From NCBI GenBank assembly GCA_963729895.1, contig CAVSQB010000022.1:1-64000 (forward strand): a stretch of 64,000 bases of DNA. Direction: 5' to 3'. Positions within the stretch are counted from its first letter, which is position 1; each line of letters begins with the position of its first letter. The position numbers were made by a program, and so were the translations under genes. The stretch is from an uncultured Fibrobacterota bacterium. Its GTDB lineage: Bacteria > Fibrobacterota > Chitinivibrionia > Chitinivibrionales > FEN-1185. The notes beneath the pieces were generated by a model. That model worked only from the letters and a program-made list of their open reading frames with translations. It searched no databases and was not told where the DNA came from. Shown piece after piece: positions 56,930 to 64,000 of this stretch.

Positions 56930-57032
56930 GGTTGCGCCCGAAGCGTTTCTCTGTTTTCCAATCGCCCCATAGCGAAATCAAGCCGTACTGCCAGGTTTTG
57001 GTATACGATATTCGCGCAGAATTCTTGCCGGT

Positions 57033-58130
57033 TTATCCCAAATCCAACAGTGCCTGCCTAAAATCAAGGCCGACCTTTTTGATGTCATAGTCCGTCCGGA
57101 CCTGCCAGCCGTTTTCGCAGATCCGTGCATATCTTGCGGGATTTCCGATGATTTCAATTATTACTTTTGCAAGATCGGCGGCAGATCCTTCACGAAAAAG
57201 AAGCCCGGTACTTCCATCCTTAATGAGTTCCTTTGTTCCCCCGCATGCGGATGCGATAACCAATCGGTGAGCATTCCATCCCTCAACAACGGTTCGGCCG
57301 AAAGTCTCCGGGCCACCATGGCCGGAGATGGATGTCGAGAGTACCGCATGATGACTCGCAAAAAAGTTTATCGGGTCGAGGATGTCTTCTTGGAAAGCTA
57401 TGTGTTTTGCCAGTCCCTTGCGCGAAACAAGGCGAACGATTTCTCTCAAGTACGTTTCATTGTAGCCCCGCTTTATTCCCATCGTCAAGTACGCTCGAAT
57501 TCCATGTTTCACCAGCAATTCTACGGCATCGACCGCAGTCTCCAGGGATTTCCAGCGAGATGGCACGCAGGCAAGGGAAAGAAAGAAATCCCTTGCGCCT
57601 TCAACCGGCGGCGATTGTGCAAAGCTTCCGGCGCTTTCAAAGCCGTTCGGAATTACGATAGTTTTTTTAGATACCGCGCGCGGCATACGAGAGGCAAGGA
57701 ATGAGCTTACGGCAATGAACCTATCAATACTGCCGCCATTGGCACGTAACAAAAGTCGAGAGGTTTGCATGGTGTGACAACAATGTACAAGGCGGGCGCG
57801 GCCAAATCGCTTTGCAAGAGCCGGGATCAATAGCAACCCTCTTGGGGTGTTGTTGACGACCACATCGGGGAATGATTTTTCGCAGCAGTCTGTTATCATT
57901 TTAACATGTTCGCGGACATAGTGGGACAGGTGATAAAGGTTCTTTTTTGCCGGATTCGATGAAATACATGTTGTGGAAAGAGATTTCTTCTTGTATTCGA
58001 GTTCTGTGTCGACATTACACACGATTGCATGCACCTCGTCTCCTGAAGCCTGCAATTCCTGAGCAATGGATGACATGCTCTTTTCTGCGCCGCCAAATCC
58101 AAAGCAAAGGTTTAGAACCAATATTTTCAA
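57033..58130 (-). CDS. Glycosyltransferase family 4
   Basis: GAGG RBS then TTG; GGAEK, AVS, IPNG, ETFGRTVVE. Confidence 0.85.
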   Translation of the reverse strand: MKILVLNLCFGFGGAEKSMSSIAQELQASGDEVHAIVCNVDTELEYKKKSLSTTCISSNPAKKNLYHLSHYVREHVKMITDCCEKSFPDVVVNNTPRGLLLIPALAKRFGRARLVHCCHTMQTSRLLLRANGGSIDRFIAVSSFLASRMPRAVSKKTIVIPNGFESAGSFAQSPPVEGARDFFLSLACVPSRWKSLETAVDAVELLVKHGIRAYLTMGIKRGYNETYLREIVRLVSRKGLAKHIAFQEDILDPINFFASHHAVLSTSISGHGGPETFGRTVVEGWNAHRLVIASACGGTKELIKDGSTGLLFREGSAADLAKVIIEIIGNPARYARICENGWQVRTDYDIKKVGLDFRQALLDLG

Positions 58131-58137
58131 GTCAGCC

Positions 58138-59427
58138 TCATTGTTTTTCCAACAATAATGCCGGCACTGAAGGACCCCGCTCTGTTTCCGAGGCTCTTTC
58201 ACTCACACTACGGCGACGGCACAGGTGTCCGAGAAGAAAGCCGTAAAACATGGCCATGAATCCATCCTCGATTCCGTGCGAGGTGATGCCGATTATAAAA
58301 AACGAGAGAGCGAAAAAAAGCCAGTAGCGGTCTGAAAAAGTCCTCTCAGGAGACCTCCGCACAACACGCCAGAAGATCCAGGGAATCACCAATGTTCCCA
58401 AAATGCCGAGATTGCCGTACAGATAAAGGAAAAGGTTGTCGCCGGGATTGAATTGGTCGGGTTCAAAGTACATCTGACCGCCGCCCATTGTTCCTAAACC
58501 TCTGCCAAAAACAGGGGATCCTTGATCGAGGATAAGTTTGAACCCTTGCGGCCATGTAGAACCCAAACGAGTCAACATGGAGCCGAACAGCATGTCTTGT
58601 ATAACGGTTTCTGTACCCCCTAAGCTGGTTTCATTCTTTATGGAAAAAATTGGTAATGTAATCGCCAAGACGAGCGGCACAATAAGGCTCCACCGTACCG
58701 CTAAACGACCCAATCCCTTAAGAGAATAAATCATTCTGGCGATTCCAATGATAACCCAGCTCGCAATAACGGTTTTGACCGTTGTCAGCAAAAGCGCGCC
58801 TAAGAACACACCCCACAATGCAAACCGTGCCGGGGATTTTTTGCATTTGAGAAAAAAATACAGCCCTACAACAAGTATTTGATCGGCAATCTTCTGCGGG
58901 CCGTTGGCAAACCCATTCAATCGATGCAAGACTTCAATCATCGTCCAATTATACACACCCTGTATTTGCATATTTCCGATTGAGTAGTTGAGATTATCCC
59001 AGGGAAAAGAAAGGAAATAATTAACACCCAGACCGACTAGTGCCACAATTGCCATTAAGGTTATTGACAGCGAAGTGTTCCAGAGCCTTGCTTCACAGTA
59101 CCGGTAACACAGGAATCCAACAAGCATCGGCAATATTATTTTGAGCCCCATGATCCAAAGATTAATCGTGGGAGAAAAAGCCATTGCGGTAATTGACGAA
59201 ACCGATATTACGATCAGCCAGGGAATTGTGGCAGGGGAGATTCTGAGCTTTTTCGCGGACGCAATTACGAATCCTGCAACAATCATCACCATTATTCCAT
59301 CTCGAAGGTAAAGCAAAGGCGACAAATGCAGCAAGAAGAGAACATACCGAAGGGGCGCCTCGAGCACATAGGTCCACAAAAATACGCAGATCAACACCCA
59401 TAGTAGCGCAGGCGCGTTGAATTTCAT
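58138..59427 (-). CDS. Polytopic membrane protein, probable Wzy polymerase or O-antigen ligase
   Basis: About 10-12 hydrophobic segments; RLNG, FGRGLG and DN..LYL...GILG motifs; located within the GT cluster. Confidence 0.72.
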   Translation of the reverse strand: MKFNAPALLWVLICVFLWTYVLEAPLRYVLFLLHLSPLLYLRDGIMVMIVAGFVIASAKKLRISPATIPWLIVISVSSITAMAFSPTINLWIMGLKIILPMLVGFLCYRYCEARLWNTSLSITLMAIVALVGLGVNYFLSFPWDNLNYSIGNMQIQGVYNWTMIEVLHRLNGFANGPQKIADQILVVGLYFFLKCKKSPARFALWGVFLGALLLTTVKTVIASWVIIGIARMIYSLKGLGRLAVRWSLIVPLVLAITLPIFSIKNETSLGGTETVIQDMLFGSMLTRLGSTWPQGFKLILDQGSPVFGRGLGTMGGGQMYFEPDQFNPGDNLFLYLYGNLGILGTLVIPWIFWRVVRRSPERTFSDRYWLFFALSFFIIGITSHGIEDGFMAMFYGFLLGHLCRRRSVSERASETERGPSVPALLLEKQ

Positions 59428-59584
59428 GATCTTAACCTATTAAGAATGCCGCATTCCTTGACGATTCCAAAGCGATACGTGCACTGCGCCATTGGCCCGG
59501 GGCCCTCGAGGCAAACCGCCCTTGTTGCTTCGTAGACGTGCTTACCATGCTTATGCTGCCCGCACGTTATTCTTTTCCCGAGTC

Positions 59585-60418
59585 TCACACGTGGTTTGGT
59601 CTCGCGGGCTTTAGCCTTGTGTAAAGTGCATCGCCCAGCAGGCGCCGAAGCATTAATTTGCAACGCAATACAAGGACCGATCGAGCGACAATCCGCCACC
59701 CGACGCGCCGTTTCGGAAAATTGCTCCTGTAAACAAGCCAGTGCTCCTTGAGGGCTGCGACGGCATGCTTCGGAGAAGAGGACAATCCGGCCAAGTCGTA
59801 CCGGCAAAGCCGACTCTGAATCTTGACAAACAGTTTCCCCCTTGAAAGCGCTCGCAGCCACCAGTCATAGTCCATACTGTATCGCAAGTTTGTTCTGTAT
59901 GGCATTGCTGCCAGGAGTTCCCGGCGGATGAGGGCGGCTTGATGGCAAATCGGATTTCCGGGCGCCACGGCGTGGAATGCGCTATGATCACAATGTACTG
60001 GAAATGTCTCGTAGCGGCCTTCGGCAAGAGCGTCGCCGTAAATTACATCCGCGTTGCTGTTTTCGGTAATAGCGGAATAAAGGACTTTCACCGTATCTGA
60101 GTCCCAAAGGCGGTCTCCTGCATTGAGAAAGATAATCCACGGGGTTTGCGCATGGAATACGCCCTTGTTGAATGCTTCGGCAATGCCGGAATCCGATTCA
60201 GAAATTGATTTAGTTATTATGTCCGCATTGTTCTGCAGAACGGATGCGGTTGAATCCGTGGACGCGCCATCAATTACGATATAGGCAAAATTACGTGAGC
60301 GTTGACTCCGCAAGCTGTCGATGGTGCTTTGCAACGCATCGGCGGCGTTGCGACAGACGGTGATGATGGTGAGAAGGCTGTCGGCAGGGCGTCGCGCCTG
60401 AATTTCGGTGGGGTTCAA
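59585..60418 (-). CDS. Glycosyltransferase family 2 (WcaE-like)
   Basis: GGAGG RBS then TTG; IITV, IDGASTD, FLNAGD, CHQA, MDYDW. Confidence 0.88.
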   Translation of the reverse strand: MNPTEIQARRPADSLLTIITVCRNAADALQSTIDSLRSQRSRNFAYIVIDGASTDSTASVLQNNADIITKSISESDSGIAEAFNKGVFHAQTPWIIFLNAGDRLWDSDTVKVLYSAITENSNADVIYGDALAEGRYETFPVHCDHSAFHAVAPGNPICHQAALIRRELLAAMPYRTNLRYSMDYDWWLRALSRGKLFVKIQSRLCRYDLAGLSSSPKHAVAALKEHWLVYRSNFPKRRVGWRIVARSVLVLRCKLMLRRLLGDALYTRLKPARPNHV

Positions 60419-60420
60419 CT

Positions 60421-61248
60421 TTACCTCCACCGATGCGCATGCCAATCGTAAATTGACATCCCCTTCGAGTTGAGGCGTTTCTTGAATTCGGCTGGGAGTA
60501 ACCAAAGTTTACGATCAATGGCCGTGATGGCAAGGTCATAGAGTGTTTGGTGAACTTTGGCACCAACAATGTTCTTTAATTCATCCTGATATTCAGCACG
60601 TCGGCTCGATAGCTGCCCCTGTTCAACCTTGAATCCCGCGACATAAGCTGCAGTAACATGCAGTTTGCTGAAATGGGCAAAAGTATGCCACAGGAAGTAA
60701 TCCCCGGCAAGCTTGAATCTCTTGAGCTTTTCAAATTCTATTTGCCGGTTCAGCCGCTTTGACCAAAAAACCGATTCCTGCTGAATGAACGGCAAACGAA
60801 TTCCGTCGTACATCCCGTTTAGAATGAAACGGCGTCTGTAGACAAAAGGGCAAGAAACGGCGACAACATAGGAATTTTCCGAATATTTCACTTGAAACCC
60901 GGTGAACCATTCAATCCCCAGTTCCGCCATATCAAGAGCAATATCAAATGCGCATTTGTGATAATAATCCCCGGCATTAATGTATGCAACAATGTCTCCT
61001 GTTACCCTGGATAATCCCTTTGCAAGGGCGTCGTACATACCGGAATCATTCTCGGAGATAATTTGCATCCGGGGGTCGTTATATGAGCGAGCAAGTTTTA
61101 CCGTATCGTCGGTTGAGGCGCCATCGCAGATAAAGTATTCGAGGTCGGCTCTTCCGGAGGTAATCGCCGTTTGCTTCAGGACCGATTCCATGGTTTCAAC
61201 AATTCGTTTTTCAGAGTTCCTGCAGGGAGTAATTATCGAAATCTTCAT
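60421..61248 (-). CDS. Glycosyltransferase family 2
   Basis: KISIITP, DGASTD, GMYDAL, INAGD, QQES, AGDY. Confidence 0.9.
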   Translation of the reverse strand: MKISIITPCRNSEKRIVETMESVLKQTAITSGRADLEYFICDGASTDDTVKLARSYNDPRMQIISENDSGMYDALAKGLSRVTGDIVAYINAGDYYHKCAFDIALDMAELGIEWFTGFQVKYSENSYVVAVSCPFVYRRRFILNGMYDGIRLPFIQQESVFWSKRLNRQIEFEKLKRFKLAGDYFLWHTFAHFSKLHVTAAYVAGFKVEQGQLSSRRAEYQDELKNIVGAKVHQTLYDLAITAIDRKLWLLPAEFKKRLNSKGMSIYDWHAHRWR

Positions 61249-61464
61249 GACGTTTCCGGGTTTTATTTCCGGGTCACCGGCGTTTTGTGTGCGTGACAGG
61301 GTGATGTCCCAGCAGGCCCCTGTGCAAGCGACCCGTTCATGCTCCAACCTGTTTCAAGATTTTGTCATCGGGGTCGTCGTTGACGGAAACATACACCATA
61401 TGAGAAATGCTTTAATCTAATCGCGAAAGACCTTTTCTCCACCCTTTCGATCAGTCTGGCCCCT

Positions 61465-62493
61465 TTACGCTGTCGTTTTTCTTGGGCGTGCTAAAAGGGA
61501 GGTATTGGCTTTCAACACTCGAATCAGGTTGGACGCGTTTTCAAACAGTTCATGCATGTTGCCGTACCCCTTTCGCGCAACGACACTTTCGGGCTTCTCG
61601 TGGATGCGATCAAGAATCGGCGAAACAACAACATGAGACAAATATTCCTTTTGAATCTTCTGTAATTCGGCCAGATAGTTTTGATAGATATGTTCCTTGA
61701 TAAAGGGTGTTAATTTCGTCTGGTATGAAGCGAACCCGGAATCGAACAGCGGCCCCAGAAGCCGTTTCAGCCCATGAAAGTGATAGAATATCAAAGGCTG
61801 ATCGTCAACAAGTATTATATCATTCCGAACTGTTAGGGCATAATTGCTTACGTTCCAGGGCGCAAGGTTGGCACCCTTGTGCATTAGTACATGGACACTT
61901 GAAAACAATTTCTCGAACTGATCCAAATACTTCTGATCTGCAAATCTCTCGCCGTCCAAGTAATCGTGACACCAGTCAAGACATTTTTCACGATACCAGT
62001 CAAGGCATGCAAGTCCTTGCTGATTCCGTCGAAAAGAAAGCCAGGAAACATTATACTTTCCGTATTTCTCCCTTTGCACAAGGTGAGGCGAAAACCGGTG
62101 CCCGATTATTGCCACTGCGTTTTCGCCGATCTCTTTAAAAACGGGCGCCGGGTCCGCAAAAAAACAACAATCGGCGTCTACATAGGTAAGAAAATCAATA
62201 CTTTTGTACCGTTCGAAAAGATATGAAGGAAACGACGGGGTAAGCGTAAAATAGTACTCAACGAGATTTCTGTTCTTTTTCGCCCGGACAAGGCCGTTGT
62301 CTTTGCTTTCGAGTTCCTCAAGCGCAACGACTTTCATCCGATCAAATGCGCATTGGGAAAGTGCGGCGCAGCATTCTTTGCTAAGGCCAAGCACCCACAA
62401 ACAGAATTCGGGGCAGTGCCGTTCCAGTGACTGATACAGGGCAATACCACGCGAGAGATATCGGTGGTCGAAATAGGTACAAAAATGGTGCAT
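61465..62493 (-). CDS. Putative GT-A glycosyltransferase (GT8-like, uncharacterised family)
   Basis: FCTYFD..YL, YVDAD (DxD), YNVSW, ADQKYLD, NLAPWN, FYHFH. Confidence 0.7.
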   Translation of the reverse strand: MHHFCTYFDHRYLSRGIALYQSLERHCPEFCLWVLGLSKECCAALSQCAFDRMKVVALEELESKDNGLVRAKKNRNLVEYYFTLTPSFPSYLFERYKSIDFLTYVDADCCFFADPAPVFKEIGENAVAIIGHRFSPHLVQREKYGKYNVSWLSFRRNQQGLACLDWYREKCLDWCHDYLDGERFADQKYLDQFEKLFSSVHVLMHKGANLAPWNVSNYALTVRNDIILVDDQPLIFYHFHGLKRLLGPLFDSGFASYQTKLTPFIKEHIYQNYLAELQKIQKEYLSHVVVSPILDRIHEKPESVVARKGYGNMHELFENASNLIRVLKANTSLLARPRKTTA

Positions 62494-62498
62494 GCGGG

Positions 62499-63644
62499 CT
62501 ATCCTGCTTTGCAGAAAGATCGTAGAGCATTGCAGACACGCAAAATGTCCCGTTCGGAGAGTTCGGGAAACATAGGAAGGCTCAGTATAGAGGAGCACAC
62601 GGCTTCGGTGTTGGGCAGTCCACTATCAGAAATGCGCACACGACCTTGATAGGCTTTCTGCAAATGCACGGGCGCGGGATAATGGATTGCTGTTCCTATG
62701 CCGTGTGACTTGAAATACTTCTGCATTTCCGCTCTTGGACCTGCGCATTTGATTACGTAAAGATGATAGGCGTGTTTGTAATCGGTTCTTTCGATTGGAA
62801 TTGTTACGTCTGTCCCTTTGAGCGCTTCATTGTATCTTAAGGCAATTGCCCTGCGTAGGGCGTTGTTTTCCTCAAGCTTTGGCAGTTTGACTCTTAGAAC
62901 CGCAGCCTGCAGCTCATCCAATCTGGAGTTTATACCCGGGAAATGACTTATATATCGCTCCATCCATCCATATTCCCGGAGTGCTCGGAGCTTTTCAGCC
63001 ACTCCGTCATCGTTGCAACACACCATGCCGCCGTCGCCAAACGCCCCAAGGTTCTTTGTCGGATAGAAGCTGAAGCAGGCGGCGTGGCCGAAACTGCCCA
63101 CTTTCTTTCCCCCGATTTCCGCGCCGTGAGCTTGCGCGCAGTCTTCGATGACTAGAAGATCGTTTCTACGTGCAATTTCGAGGATTGAGGGCATGTCGGC
63201 CGGATGACCGTATAAATGAACCGGAATTATCGCTTTGGGAATGCCGATCTTTGTTGCTTTTTGCTGCTGGATGGCTCGAAGCAGACTTTGGGGGTCCATT
63301 GTATAGGTTTGGGGGTCGACATCAACCAGAAAAGGCGCCGCTCCAGTTCTCTCGATTGCTGCAACCGTGGCAACGGCGGTGTGCGATACCGTAAACGCAA
63401 CATCCCCGGAGCCAATGTTGAAAGCGCGAAGTGCGACCTCGATGGCATCGGTGCCGTTTGCAACGCCGATTCCATGTCGGCATCCTATAAACCTCGAAAA
63501 TGCATCCTCGAAATTCGATACTTCCTTGCCCAGAATGTACCATCCCCCGTTGAGAACACTCATAACTGCGGAGTCAATGGCATCTTTCTGTGCCGCATAA
63601 CCAGCAAGAGGGTTTGCCTGCGGAATCACTTCCTGCACATTCAC
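62499..63644 (-). CDS. DegT/DnrJ/EryC1/StrS sugar aminotransferase
   Basis: [44 protein letters not shown]. Confidence 0.95.
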   Translation of the reverse strand: MNVQEVIPQANPLAGYAAQKDAIDSAVMSVLNGGWYILGKEVSNFEDAFSRFIGCRHGIGVANGTDAIEVALRAFNIGSGDVAFTVSHTAVATVAAIERTGAAPFLVDVDPQTYTMDPQSLLRAIQQQKATKIGIPKAIIPVHLYGHPADMPSILEIARRNDLLVIEDCAQAHGAEIGGKKVGSFGHAACFSFYPTKNLGAFGDGGMVCCNDDGVAEKLRALREYGWMERYISHFPGINSRLDELQAAVLRVKLPKLEENNALRRAIALRYNEALKGTDVTIPIERTDYKHAYHLYVIKCAGPRAEMQKYFKSHGIGTAIHYPAPVHLQKAYQGRVRISDSGLPNTEAVCSSILSLPMFPELSERDILRVCNALRSFCKAG

Positions 63645-63664
63645 AATGAAAATGACCTTCTTCG

Positions 63665-64000
63665 TTAGAGATAATAAGAAAGGTTTTCTTTGTAGAAATC
63701 CAAGGAACGTCTCGTTCCTTCTTCAAGAGAGATCCGAGGCTCCCAACCGATTTCGTCTCTGATGAGATTGAAATCAGAATAATAATCGCCAATGTCTATC
63801 TTCTTCCGCTCCTCGGGGAAATCCTTGACCACATATTCGCCGCTCTCATATACTGAAATGCATAGTTCCGCTAAATCCTTGAGGGAAACAATCCTTTCGC
63901 CGCCAAGATTGTAAATCTTACCTATTGCTTTCTCATCAACAGCACATTTGAGCAGTGCGGAGACGCAATCATCAACATAGGTGAAGTCGCGTAATTGACC
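63665..64000 (-). CDS. NAD-dependent epimerase, C-terminal part (continues beyond the window)
   Basis: Translated by eye: [27 protein letters not shown]; stop at 63665. Confidence 0.82.
   Translation of the reverse strand, partial: GQLRDFTYVDDCVSALLKCAVDEKAIGKIYNLGGERIVSLKDLAELCISVYESGEYVVKDFPEERKKIDIGDYYSDFNLIRDEIGWEPRISLEEGTRRSLDFYKENLSYYL

Overview
Bacterial chromosomal window from a diderm organism, judging by lipoprotein signals, an OmpA protein and a Wzy-type glycan locus. The gene content is suggestive of the FCB group (e.g. Fibrobacterota/Chitinivibrionia), but that assignment is inference only. From left to right: (1) an IS200 element inserted into the 3' end of an IS3 copy, which itself truncates a lipoprotein gene; (2) a decaying potABC operon whose potC is fused in frame to a Kelch beta-propeller; (3) hisH-hisF, an FAD oxidoreductase, a large lipoprotein plus beta-barrel/TSP3/OmpA pair, and cysM; (4) a 1426-aa STAND-NTPase/TPR protein with NLR-like motifs; (5) a LacI-sensor histidine kinase, receiver and REC-PP2C operon; (6) an EEP nuclease lipoprotein and an orphan HTH-BtrH-ACP trio; (7) clpB-rtcB behind a sigma54-like promoter, then cutA, hrpA and glmS-ridA-scpA-DTW; (8) the distal part of an AT-richer surface-polysaccharide locus. 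In that locus an AAA-ATPase cassette is flanked by a duplicated fcl 5' end and carries a triple-nested IS (ISNCY-type inside IS21 inside IS3), with all three target-site duplications readable. A family of GC-rich structured repeats with compensatory base changes sits between convergent genes. No rRNA, tRNA or CRISPR array was seen.
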